Assembly: GCA_044229975.1 (NCBI GenBank)
Contig: JBGARZ010000011.1
Span: 1 to 64,000, forward strand
DNA length: 64,000 bases
Direction of reading: 5' to 3'
Source of the DNA: Polyangiales bacterium
Lineage (GTDB): Bacteria > Myxococcota_A > Polyangia > Polyangiales > Ga0077539
Notes under the pieces: generated by a model
The model's database searches: none
Seen by the model: the letters and a program-made list of their open reading frames with translations, nothing else
What the model was told of the DNA's origin: nothing
Program-made: the position numbers and the translations under genes
Part shown: piece after piece, positions 49,705-60,204 of the stretch
Numbering within the stretch: the first letter of the stretch is position 1
Layout of the letters: each line of letters opens with the position of its first letter

Positions 49705-50507
49705 ACTTCGAGAAGGAAGCGGCCCTCGCGCTGCGGGCGGTGTCCGAGGGCGCGCGCATCGCGGGCGAGCGACCCGAGCGGCTGTCCATCCAGACCAAGC
49801 AGTCGTTTCGCGACGTGGTGACCGAGGTCGACCGGCAGATCGAGGAGCGCATGAGCGTCGTCCTCGGCGAGGGCGCGTACCCGGTGGTCGGCGAGGAGCA
49901 CTTCGAGTCGGGCACCGAGAGTGAGCCCGCGGGTCTCTACTGGGCCGTCGACCCCATCGACGGGACGGCCAACTACGTCGCGGGCATCCCCTACTACGGC
50001 ATCTCGGCGGGCCTCGTCTCGGGCGGCACCGAGGCGCGTGTTGGTGCGGTGGCGCTGCCCGCGCTGCGGGAGCTGTACTTCACGCACGGCGACGAGGTGG
50101 CCTTCCGCAACGGGCGCGCGCTGCCTCCGGTCGACCGCCGTGAGCTGAGCCAGTCGCTGGTGGCGGGGAGCTTCTCCGGGGCGAAGGGCGATCCCGCCGA
50201 GCGGGCGTTGTTGTATCGGTTGTTCGGGGAGTTCAACGAGCGCAGTCGCGGGGCGCTGCGGCTGGGGTCGGCGGCGGCCAACTTCTGCTACGTGGCGTCG
50301 GGGCAGTTGCAGCTGGTGTACGGCTTCCACGCGGCGATCTGGGACGTCGCGGGCGGCCTCGCCATCGCGTCGCGAGCGGGCTGCGTGGTGCGCTGCGTGC
50401 GCGCTCCGGGCCGGGCGCGGGTGCATTACATCGCGGGCGGCGCGACGGCGGTGGAAGAGGCGCTGGAGATCATCGCGGGCGTCGGGCTCGGGGAGGCGTT
50501 CGCGTGA
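49701..50507 (+). CDS. Inositol monophosphatase family protein
   Basis: DVVTEVD, GEE, WAVDPIDGTANY, WDVAGG. Confidence 0.9.
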   Translation: MNFEKEAALALRAVSEGARIAGERPERLSIQTKQSFRDVVTEVDRQIEERMSVVLGEGAYPVVGEEHFESGTESEPAGLYWAVDPIDGTANYVAGIPYYGISAGLVSGGTEARVGAVALPALRELYFTHGDEVAFRNGRALPPVDRRELSQSLVAGSFSGAKGDPAERALLYRLFGEFNERSRGALRLGSAAANFCYVASGQLQLVYGFHAAIWDVAGGLAIASRAGCVVRCVRAPGRARVHYIAGGATAVEEALEIIAGVGLGEAFA

Positions 50508-51256
50508 AGGCGGTGATCCTGTGCGGGCGGGGCGAGTTTCACCTCGGGCCCAACGGTGAGCGCATCGGCAAGGCCGTCGCCATCGCGGGCGGTGAGCCGA
50601 TGTTTGGGCACGTGATGCGGGGCTACGCGCGCTCGGGCTTCCGCGACTTCATCCTCGCGTGCGGCGCCCAGGTGGCGAAGTTCGGACCGCTGATGGAGCA
50701 GGTGTACGGCGCGACGCGCGGGGCCGACGGTGTGTACACGGTCAACCTCCCGGAGCCGTGTCGGGTGGAGGTGGTCGACACCGGCGCCGACGCGCGGACG
50801 GGCGAGCGCGTGCGGCGGGTGAGCGATCGCCTGGGCGACGACGCGACCTTCGCGGTGACCTACGGCGATACGGTGAGCGACATCGACCTCGCGCAGGTGC
50901 GGGCGTTCCACGAGCGGCACGGGCGGCTCGCGACGCTGGTGGCCACCGACCTGCCGACGCGCTTCCGCGTGGTGGGTCTGCGCTACGGCGAGACGACGGT
51001 GCGCGGCTTCGCGGCGAAGCCGGTGCTGCTCAACGACCACATCAACGGGGGCTTCTACTTCTTCCGCCGCGAGGCGCTGTCGCGGGACTACTGGGCGGCG
51101 GGCGCAGAGCTGGAGACGGCCGTGCTCGAGGGGCTCGTGAAGGAGCAGCAGCTGGAGGCGTTTCCGTTTCGCGGGGGCGTGTGGCAGCACCTCGACAGCG
51201 AGCGCGACCTGGCCACCATCGACGCCATCGTGCGGGGTTGGGCCGCGCGGGGCTGA
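50504..51256 (+). CDS. Sugar-phosphate nucleotidyltransferase (glucose-1-P cytidylyltransferase-like)
   Basis: VDTG....TGER, TYGD.VSD, INGGFY, W..LDS.RD; N-terminal GGxGTR motif is degenerate. Confidence 0.8.
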   Translation: MKAVILCGRGEFHLGPNGERIGKAVAIAGGEPMFGHVMRGYARSGFRDFILACGAQVAKFGPLMEQVYGATRGADGVYTVNLPEPCRVEVVDTGADARTGERVRRVSDRLGDDATFAVTYGDTVSDIDLAQVRAFHERHGRLATLVATDLPTRFRVVGLRYGETTVRGFAAKPVLLNDHINGGFYFFRREALSRDYWAAGAELETAVLEGLVKEQQLEAFPFRGGVWQHLDSERDLATIDAIVRGWAARG

Positions 51257-51310
51257 GTCAGCGCGCGTTGGGGGCCGCGAGGGCGACCGCTGTGGCTGTT
51301 CGGGGCTTCA

Positions 51311-51724
51311 TCAGCTTCCGGCGTCGCAGGTCCCGCGGAAGTTGGGCTCGATTCCCTGACGAACCTGCTCGGCCGCGACGCATGCGTTGAGCGCGCAGGA
51401 CTCGGCAGGGCAGACTGGCTCCAGGGGCTCTCCACACATGGCCGGCGCCCGCCCGACACACCGCAGGGACGTCTCCATCTCATCGCGGCACACCGACGGG
51501 AGGTCGCGCAGACTGCCCACGCACGAGTCCGTGCACAGGGCCCGGTAGCCTTCCCGTTGGATCGCGGGGCAGGCGTCGCTGCTCCGACGACAGTAGGTCG
51601 CGCAGAGCGTCTCCAGTGACGCGTCCGCCGGGACCGAAGCGTCGGCTCCGCTCGCAGCGGTGCCACCGCAGCCCATCAACGTCAGCGAGAGCAAGCCCGC
51701 CCATCCCATCGAGTGAAGGTTCAT
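51311..51724 (-). CDS. Small Cys-rich lipoprotein
   Basis: LMGC lipobox and multiple regularly spaced Cys. Confidence 0.6.
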   Translation of the reverse strand: MNLHSMGWAGLLSLTLMGCGGTAASGADASVPADASLETLCATYCRRSSDACPAIQREGYRALCTDSCVGSLRDLPSVCRDEMETSLRCVGRAPAMCGEPLEPVCPAESCALNACVAAEQVRQGIEPNFRGTCDAGS

Positions 51725-51845
51725 GGCGGCGGTGCGTTGGCAACCGCGATGCCACCGGACATTGCCGCGGAAAACGCTGCGGGAGACTCAGCCAGGCGAG
51801 GCAGCGACGACTCGCAGCGAGACACGCGCGTTACGATCGGAGGGG

Positions 51846-52262
51846 TCAGTCGACGACGAGGGCGACGTCGATGTTGCCGCGGGTCGCGTTGGAGTACGGG
51901 CACACGCCGTGGGCCGCGGCCATGAGCGCCTCGGCCTGCTCGCGCGGGAGCTCGTCGAAGCGGCCGTGGAGCTCGACGCGCAGCTTGAAGCCCGCGTCGA
52001 CCTTGTCGAGGGACACCTGCGCGTTGATGCTGAAGGGCCCGACGGTGATCTTCTGCATGCGAGCGACGAGGCCGAGCGCGCTGCCGAAGCACGCGGAGTA
52101 GCCCGCGGCGAAGAGCTGCTCGGGGTTGGCGCCCGGCGCGCCGTTGCCACCGAGGCCCTTCGGGATGGTGAGCGCGAGGTCGATGGTGCCGTCGTCGGTG
52201 CGGACGCGGCCTTCGCGGCCTCCGGTGGCGGTGGCGTTGGCGGTGTAGAGCGTGGTGGTCAT
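51846..52262 (-). CDS. ohr: Organic hydroperoxide resistance protein
   Basis: GGREG, NPEQLFAAGYSACF, VCPYSNATRGN. Confidence 0.95.
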   Translation of the reverse strand: MTTTLYTANATATGGREGRVRTDDGTIDLALTIPKGLGGNGAPGANPEQLFAAGYSACFGSALGLVARMQKITVGPFSINAQVSLDKVDAGFKLRVELHGRFDELPREQAEALMAAAHGVCPYSNATRGNIDVALVVD

Positions 52263-52270
52263 CGGGGTGT

Positions 52271-52729
52271 TCAGCCTTTCTCGGAGGGAGCCTCGGCGCC
52301 TTGCGCGCGGAGGTTGTCGGTCAGCTTCTTGAGGTCGGCGCGGAGGCGCGTGAACTCGGCCAGGGTGATGCCCGAGCGGCACGCCATCGCCGCGGGAACG
52401 CTCACCGCCCGCTTGCGGAGCGCGCGCCCGGCGGCGGTGAGATGGATGCGCACGACGCGCTCGTCGGCGGGGTCACGCGTGCGCTGCACGAGGCCCTGCG
52501 CGGCGAGGCGCTTGAGCAGCGGCGTGAGGGTGCCCGAGTCGAGCTGGAGCCGGGCGCCGAGCTCCTTCACCGCGAGCCCGTCGGACTCCCAGAGCGTCAT
52601 CATCGCGAGGTACTGCGGGTAGGTGAGACCCAGCGGCGCGAGCAGCGACTGGTACGCCTGCGTCAGCGCGCGCGAGGCGGCGTACACGGCGAAGCAAAGC
52701 TGGCGATCGAGCCTCAGCGCATCAACCAT
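52271..52729 (-). CDS. ohrR: MarR-family regulator OhrR
   Basis: QLCFAVY sensing Cys, LTYPQYL, LDSGTLTPLLKRL; adjacent to ohr. Confidence 0.92.
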   Translation of the reverse strand: MVDALRLDRQLCFAVYAASRALTQAYQSLLAPLGLTYPQYLAMMTLWESDGLAVKELGARLQLDSGTLTPLLKRLAAQGLVQRTRDPADERVVRIHLTAAGRALRKRAVSVPAAMACRSGITLAEFTRLRADLKKLTDNLRAQGAEAPSEKG

Positions 52730-52734
52730 CGTGG

Positions 52735-52760
52735 ACAATCATATTGTGCACAATCGAATC
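52735..52760. promoter_or_regulatory. OhrR operator
   Basis: ACAAT-CAT-ATTGT overlapping the palindrome ATTGTGCACAAT just upstream of ohrR. Confidence 0.75.
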
Positions 52761-52844
52761 GAGCGCAAGAGGTGAGCGGAGATTTTCTGGGCGATGGGGT
52801 CGGCGCTCTCCCTCCGGTCACAGCCACCTTGAGAGGAGCACCGC

Positions 52845-54638
52845 TCAGTCCCCGCGCAGGTACCCCTCCAGCACCTCCGGCGCGAGGAAGGGATACATGT
52901 CCTGTAGCGGCTTCGACACCATCGTCCCGTCGGGCAATCGCTGCGACTGAACCGTCGGGATGATCTGCTGCTCGTACGCGGTGAACACCTCGAAGAACAT
53001 CGGCGCCCCCGACGCGACGGCCTCGCGCATCCCGTCGCGCAGCTCGTCGGCGGTGCGCGCCGCGCGGTAGCGGAGACCGAAGGCCGCGCAGAGCTTCTCG
53101 TGGTCGGGGATGGCCAGGCCCGAGCGCGCGTCGGTGCCCGAGAGGAAGCCGCCGAAGTAGTTGTTCTGCGTGTTGCGGATGGAGACGTAGCCGGCGTTGT
53201 TGACCACCACCATCACCGCGTTGAAGCCGTGGTGCGCCAGCACCGAGAGGTCGTGCAGGTTGGTCTGCAACGACCCGTCACCGGTGAGCCCGATGACCCG
53301 CCGCGAGGGGTCGGCCGAGGCCGCGCCGAGCACCGCCGAGCTCGTGTAGCCCATCTGCCCGAGGCCGCCGGAGATGATGACCCGCTGCCCCGGACGCGCG
53401 CGAAACGCCTGCCCCAAGGTGTAGTAGGCCGAGCCCGCGTCGGCGATGAGCACCTCGTCGCCGCGGGTGTGCTCGTTGAGCGCGAAGATCACGTCGTAGT
53501 AGCTGAGCTTGCCGTCGGGCCGCGGGTGCGGCTCACGGTCGACCGACAGCTCCTCCTTCAAGCGACGACAGTGGGCGTGCCACGCGCCCTCCGGCGCGAT
53601 GACCCCGGGCGCGCGCGCGGCGAGGCGTTCGATGAAGACCTCGACGGGGGCCTGGACCTTGCGCTGCACCCCGACGGCCTCGCGCCGCAGGATCATCTCG
53701 TCCATCTCGACCTGGATCTTGTAGGCGTCGGGCGCGAAGCGCTTGAGCTCGTACCCGGTGGTCATCGCGTGCAGGCTGCAACCGAGCGCGAGGATCACGT
53801 CCGCCGACTGCACCGCGATGTTGCCCGCGCGGTCGCCCTTCAGGCTCGGATGGCCCACCAGCAGCGGGTCGCCGTACGGAACGAGGTCGTTGGCGAGAGG
53901 CGTCGTGGCGACGGGGAGGTTCCAGAGGCGAACGAGCTCACGGAAGCGCTCGGCGGCACCGCTGACGCGCACGCCGTGGCCCGCGAGGATGAGCGGCCGC
54001 CTGGCCGACGCGAGGCGCGCGAGGATGTCGTCGACCTCCGCGTCGTCGAGCGTCGGCATCGGCGGAACGAACGACTCGTCGCAGCCTTCGAGCTCCGCCG
54101 GGTCGATGAGCGCGCCCTGCACATTGAGGGGAATCTCCAGCAGCGTCGGACCGGGTCGCCCGGAGGTCGCGAGCCCGATGGCCTTGTCCACGTGGAAGCG
54201 GATCTTCTTCGGGTCGTCGACGAAGGCCGCGTACTTCGTGATGGGCGCCGCGATGGAGACCATGTCGACCTCGAAGGTGCCGAACTGCCGCACCGCGAGA
54301 CCGGTGCCGCGGATGGTCTCGGATGCCTTCGCCTGGCCGACGATGAAGAGCACCGGGGTGGAGTCGGTCCACGCCTGGGCGATGCCGGTGACGGTGTTGG
54401 TTCCGCCGGGGCCGCTGGTCGCGTAGCAGACGCCGAGGGTGCCCGTGAGCCGGGCGTGGGCCTCGGCCGCGAAGGCACACGACTGCTCGTGATGGCTGCA
54501 CACGTAGCGAATGGTCTCGCTGCGGCTGACAGCATCTTGGAGGTGCATCATCCCGCCACCGGCGAGGAAGAAGACGCGGGTGACGCCCTGCTGTTCGAGG
54601 CGACGGGCGATGTAGTCGGCGACGCGGACGCGGCTCAT
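52845..54638 (-). CDS. Thiamine-diphosphate-dependent enzyme (acetolactate synthase-like, YerE-type)
   Basis: HHEQ, TSGPGGTN, GDGS...NN ThDP motif, GGGMMHL, SKPLQDMYPFL tail. Confidence 0.88.
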   Translation of the reverse strand: MSRVRVADYIARRLEQQGVTRVFFLAGGGMMHLQDAVSRSETIRYVCSHHEQSCAFAAEAHARLTGTLGVCYATSGPGGTNTVTGIAQAWTDSTPVLFIVGQAKASETIRGTGLAVRQFGTFEVDMVSIAAPITKYAAFVDDPKKIRFHVDKAIGLATSGRPGPTLLEIPLNVQGALIDPAELEGCDESFVPPMPTLDDAEVDDILARLASARRPLILAGHGVRVSGAAERFRELVRLWNLPVATTPLANDLVPYGDPLLVGHPSLKGDRAGNIAVQSADVILALGCSLHAMTTGYELKRFAPDAYKIQVEMDEMILRREAVGVQRKVQAPVEVFIERLAARAPGVIAPEGAWHAHCRRLKEELSVDREPHPRPDGKLSYYDVIFALNEHTRGDEVLIADAGSAYYTLGQAFRARPGQRVIISGGLGQMGYTSSAVLGAASADPSRRVIGLTGDGSLQTNLHDLSVLAHHGFNAVMVVVNNAGYVSIRNTQNNYFGGFLSGTDARSGLAIPDHEKLCAAFGLRYRAARTADELRDGMREAVASGAPMFFEVFTAYEQQIIPTVQSQRLPDGTMVSKPLQDMYPFLAPEVLEGYLRGD

Positions 54639-54718
54639 GGGCGGGACGGTACCGCCGAACGTCTCCCGACACAGCACCCTCGGGAATGCGCCCGCGGACG
54701 TCGTCGTTGCGCGCTCCG

Positions 54719-56041
54719 ATGGCCCACTGGCTGGCGCTGCTCCTCGCGGGGATCGTGTCGCTGCTGCTCTGTGTGGTGGCGGTGTTGACCACGCTCGCGG
54801 GCCTCGCGATGGCCCTGCTCCGTCGGCGCCGTCCGTCGGTCGTCGTGCGGCGCTCGGTGCGGGCGATGGTGCTCACGGCGCTCGTCGGGGTCGCGCTCGT
54901 CGCGGTCGCGCTCCGTTGGGGTCACTCCCCCGCGGTGCTCGCGGGCATCGACGTCGTGGCGCTCACCATCCCGCGCGACGCTTCGCAGGCGCGGTCGCCC
55001 GACCCGCGGTGGGAGATCCTCGCGGGCGACATGCACTGTCACGTCTTCCCGTGGGACCCGCGCCATCACGCCGCGCGCGACCTCGATGCGACCGTGCGCC
55101 TCGCCCGCTCCGAGGGCCTCGACTTCGTCGTGGTGACCCCGCACTTCTGGTGGGTGCACTGGCCCGAACCCTGGGTGGCCGAGCACTACCGCGCGCTGCA
55201 CCGCGACCTCCACGCGACGCTCGCGGCGCGCTCGTCGCCGGAGCTCGTTCTCATCCCTGGCATCGAGTACACCGACGACACGGGCGGGCACACGGGCCTC
55301 GCGTTTGGCGACGTCGACGCGAGCCTCGCGGCCTTCGAGCGACAGCGCGACCCGTCGGACTTCTTCCGCACCTACGTCGCGACGGGCGGCCTCGTGACCA
55401 TCCATCACCCCTTCCTCACGCCGCTGCGAACGCGGCTCCCTCAGGCCGGCGACATCTCGTGGCGGCCCTTCACCGCGCCCGACCAGGCCGTCGCTCCGGC
55501 GATCACCACGCTCGATGGGCTCGCCACGCAGGTCGAGACCTTCAACCTCGGCGTGTCCGAGCTGCGCGACCGCTTCTCCCTCGACGACCACGACGCATCC
55601 CTCCGAAGGGCCTTCGCGCAGATCGACCGGGAGGTTCCGCGGCGACGGCGTCGGATGACCGCGACGGGCGGAACCGACAGCCACGGCAGCTACCTGCGAC
55701 CGACGGTGTTCGTGCTGGCCGAGCGGCGCGACCGCCGGGCCATTCGCGAGGCGCTGATGGCGGGGCGGACGTGCGTTCGCTCGCGGGCGGGATGCACCTT
55801 CGAGGCGTCGGCGGACAGTCGGTCGTGGGGCCCACCGGGGAGCGCGCTGGAGGGCGTGACGGAGGTCTATGTGCGGGCGCGCGGCGAGCGCATCGAGGTG
55901 CTGCGCGACGGGGTCGCGGTGGCGCACCCGCGGGACGGCGAAGCGGCGCGGGTGGCGGTGACGCCGGGGCGATGCACGGTGCTGCGCGCGACGGTGGACG
56001 CCGGGTGGTCGGGCGCCGTGTACGCCAACTGCGGGCTGTGA
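54719..56041 (+). CDS. Membrane-anchored PHP-domain (CehA/McbA-like) metallohydrolase
   Basis: GDMHCH, GLDFVVVTPH, GIEY...GH, HHP, GGTDSH. Confidence 0.8.
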   Translation: MAHWLALLLAGIVSLLLCVVAVLTTLAGLAMALLRRRRPSVVVRRSVRAMVLTALVGVALVAVALRWGHSPAVLAGIDVVALTIPRDASQARSPDPRWEILAGDMHCHVFPWDPRHHAARDLDATVRLARSEGLDFVVVTPHFWWVHWPEPWVAEHYRALHRDLHATLAARSSPELVLIPGIEYTDDTGGHTGLAFGDVDASLAAFERQRDPSDFFRTYVATGGLVTIHHPFLTPLRTRLPQAGDISWRPFTAPDQAVAPAITTLDGLATQVETFNLGVSELRDRFSLDDHDASLRRAFAQIDREVPRRRRRMTATGGTDSHGSYLRPTVFVLAERRDRRAIREALMAGRTCVRSRAGCTFEASADSRSWGPPGSALEGVTEVYVRARGERIEVLRDGVAVAHPRDGEAARVAVTPGRCTVLRATVDAGWSGAVYANCGL

Positions 56042-56085
56042 CGGCCATCTCTCAAGGCCGCTGTGTCCGCTCACGGACCGGGGTT

Positions 56086-56220
56086 GGTCGCGGCTACGGC
56101 GCCGACCAGCCGATCGAACCCAACGCCACGGCGGAAGGGCGAGCGCGCAACCGACGGGTGGCGTTTCGCATCCTCCATGCGGACCCGCCGCCGCAACGCG
56201 GTCCGTGCACCAGCGCGTGA
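56086..56220 (+). pseudogene. 3' remnant of an OmpA-family peptidoglycan-binding domain
   Basis: GRGYGADQPIEPNATAEGRARNRRVAFRIL with no 5' part. Confidence 0.75.
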
Positions 56221-56224
56221 GCCG

Positions 56225-56749
56225 TCAGGTCGCGGGCGCGTCGAGCGGATACTTCCGCGACGCCGCGTAGAGCACGATGGCCGCGGCGGTGGTCAGGTTG
56301 ATGGACCCGCCGAAGCCGTCCGAGGGGATCTCCACACACTGGTCGGCCAGCGCGAGAACCTCCGCGGAGACGCCGTGCCGCTCGGCGCCGATCACCAGAC
56401 AAAGTGGCGCGTCGCAGCGCATGGACTCTGGCGCGATGCTCCCCTCGGCGAGCTCGATGGCCGCGACGATGTAGCCCTCGGCGCGGCTCTCACGCGCCAC
56501 GCTCGCGGCGTCTGGGCGCGACTCCCACGGGACCCATCCCACGGTGCCCGCGGCGGCCGAGAGCAACCGTCGGCGGTGGGGTTCGAGGTCGTAGCCGGCG
56601 ACGTACAAACGCTCCACGCGGAACGCATCGCAGAGGCGAAACATCGTCCCGATGTTGGGCAGGTAGCTGACGCCGTCGAGCACGACGCGAATCGGGCGGC
56701 GCGGCAGGTTGGGGAAGTCACGGCGGTCGGGGCGCGGTCGCGGCGGCAT
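56225..56749 (-). CDS. TrmH/SpoU family RNA methyltransferase
   Basis: PNIGTMFR, VIGAERHGVS, VEIP..G...SINL..AAAIVLY. Confidence 0.9.
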   Translation of the reverse strand: MPPRPRPDRRDFPNLPRRPIRVVLDGVSYLPNIGTMFRLCDAFRVERLYVAGYDLEPHRRRLLSAAAGTVGWVPWESRPDAASVARESRAEGYIVAAIELAEGSIAPESMRCDAPLCLVIGAERHGVSAEVLALADQCVEIPSDGFGGSINLTTAAAIVLYAASRKYPLDAPAT

Positions 56750-57696
56750 CAGAGTGTCTCGCCCAGGAGGCGGATGCAGCGCAACCGCAACGTTCCGATG
56801 CGGTCGCGGAAGAAGTCGAAGTTGGTGCGCACCGACGCCTCGAAGCCCGCGCCGATGTAGCCCGCGGGGCAGGTGTCCTCGAAGGCCGCTCCTCCGGCGC
56901 CGTCGCCGTGACGACGGAGCACCACGCCGAGCTCGCCAGAGGTCAGCCACGTCGCGACGGGAGCGCAGGTCTCCTGGAGGCGGTCGATGACGGCGCCGCC
57001 TCCGCCGCCGAAGCGGACGATGACCTGACCCGCCGGGCACGAGTCGTCCTGGCTGGTGTTGTACGTGGCGCCGACGCGGGCGCTGAGGGTGGAGGTCCCG
57101 AGGGTTCCGTCGGTGTTGAGTCGCGCGCACCGGGCCGCGATGCCGCTGACGTACTCCGAGGCCCAGGTCGTGAGCCCGACGAGCACCTGCCCGTCGCCGC
57201 ACTCGCGACGGACGATGGCCGTGCTCGTGGGCGCCGAGCTGCGCCACGGCGTGTAGACCACCTCTCCCGCCGCCAGGCGCCAGCGATTCGGCGCGCCCAC
57301 GTCCGCGGGACGAACGTCCACCGCCACGTCCGTCGTGACGTCCGTCGTGACGTCCGCCGTCACATCCGGCGCGACGTCCGCGGTCACGTCCGCCGCCACG
57401 TCCATCGCGACGTCGTCGGGGACATCCTGGGCCGCGGCGTCTTCCGCGCTGCCCGCGTCGATGATCGGGCGGTCATCTTCCATCGGCAGCGGGACGTCCG
57501 TCGCCTCACCGAGATCGACCGCGACGCCGAGGTCGACCGCCGCGCCGAGGTCGGTGAGCGCTGGTGCGTCGCGCGCCTCGACGACGTCGACGGGCGTGAG
57601 AGCTCCCCCGTCCGGCAGCGCGCGAAGCGCCGGGTGCCTGGGCTCACAGCCCAGCGCGACGAACCAGCACACCATCGACGCGATGCAGTAGCGCAC
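56749..57696 (-). CDS. Lipoprotein with Asp/Val/Ala linker and beta-prism (jacalin-like) C-terminal domain
   Basis: ALGC lipobox then EPRHP; three CxxG...G...DR/GI...C repeats. Confidence 0.65.
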   Translation of the reverse strand: MRYCIASMVCWFVALGCEPRHPALRALPDGGALTPVDVVEARDAPALTDLGAAVDLGVAVDLGEATDVPLPMEDDRPIIDAGSAEDAAAQDVPDDVAMDVAADVTADVAPDVTADVTTDVTTDVAVDVRPADVGAPNRWRLAAGEVVYTPWRSSAPTSTAIVRRECGDGQVLVGLTTWASEYVSGIAARCARLNTDGTLGTSTLSARVGATYNTSQDDSCPAGQVIVRFGGGGGAVIDRLQETCAPVATWLTSGELGVVLRRHGDGAGGAAFEDTCPAGYIGAGFEASVRTNFDFFRDRIGTLRLRCIRLLGETL

Positions 57697-57769
57697 GGCG
57701 GCGGACTCTAAACCCCTTCCGCCCCCGCGGGAGATGGGCGTACCTTCGCCCCAACCGTTGAGGACGGGG

Positions 57770-59139
<1,370 letters not shown>

Positions 59140-59143
<4 letters not shown>

Positions 59144-60198
59144 AGCGAGCTCTCCGATGGGCGCTGGTCGCGTCCGCGCTGCTGTGTGCAACGCCCGTCG
59201 GCGCGCAGACCAATGGATGCCGCGACATGGAGTCGATGCTCAACACGGGGCTTCGGCTGCGGCGCGACGGGCTCGACGCGGCGGCGCTGGAGGTGTTTCG
59301 CACGCTGCGCACCCGGTGCCCCCGGCCGCAGGTGATCGCGCAGGTCGCGCTGGCCGAACACGCGCTGCACCGCTGGCGCGACGCGTGGGTCCACCTGGAG
59401 AGCGCGCTGACCGACGTCGACGACCCGTGGATCAACTCGCGCCGTGTGGCGCTGGAGACGGTTCTCGGGGAGATACGGCCGCACCTCGCGGGGCTCATGG
59501 TGCGCGGCGACTTCCCCGGCGCGCAGGTCGCGGTCGACAACGTGGTCATCGGAACGCTCCCCTTGCGCGAACCATGGCGAGGCCCCGCTCCCTCGGTGGA
59601 GGTCGAGGTGCGGCCCGCGGGACAGGCGCCGCTCCGTCGCACCGTCACGCTTCAGGAAGACCACGTCACCGAAGAGACCTTCGCGATGCCAGCGCCGGTG
59701 GTCGTTGCTCCGCCCGTCGTCGTCGTACGGCCGGTCGCGGCACCGGTGGCGGAGCGCGCGTGGCAACGACCCGTCGGATGGACGGCGGTGGCGGTCGGCG
59801 GTGCGCTGCTCGTCGGCGGCGCGGTCGCGTGGGTCATCTCGGCGGGTCAGGCCAACAGCATGGAGAACGCCACGCCCCTCAGCGCGAACCCCTACGGCGC
59901 CTGGGCGCGCTTCGAGGCGGACGAGAACTACAGCCGCACGCGCTCGCCCTCCGAGGTGTGCGACCTGGCGCAACAACGCAGCGGAACCGACGCGTCGCAG
60001 GTGCGCGACCTGTGCTCCTCCAACGCGACGGCGACGACCCTGGCGCTGGGTCTGGGCATCGCCGGGGCGGTGGTGGGAGTCGCGGGTGTGGTGACGGTGC
60101 TGACGGCGCCGACGTCTCGCGCGACACGATCGGGCGTGCGGATGTCGCCGGGCGTGGGGCCGGGCTACGCGGGCGCGTCCGTCGCGTGGAGCTTCTGA
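59140..60198 (+). CDS. Secreted TPR/PEGA-like protein with C-terminal hydrophobic helices and terminal beta strand
   Basis: Signal peptide, TPR-like helices, PGAQVAVDN..IG PEGA motif, ends ASVAWSF; ATGA-coupled to the kinase. Confidence 0.75.
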
Positions 60199-60204
60199 CC
60201 GACC

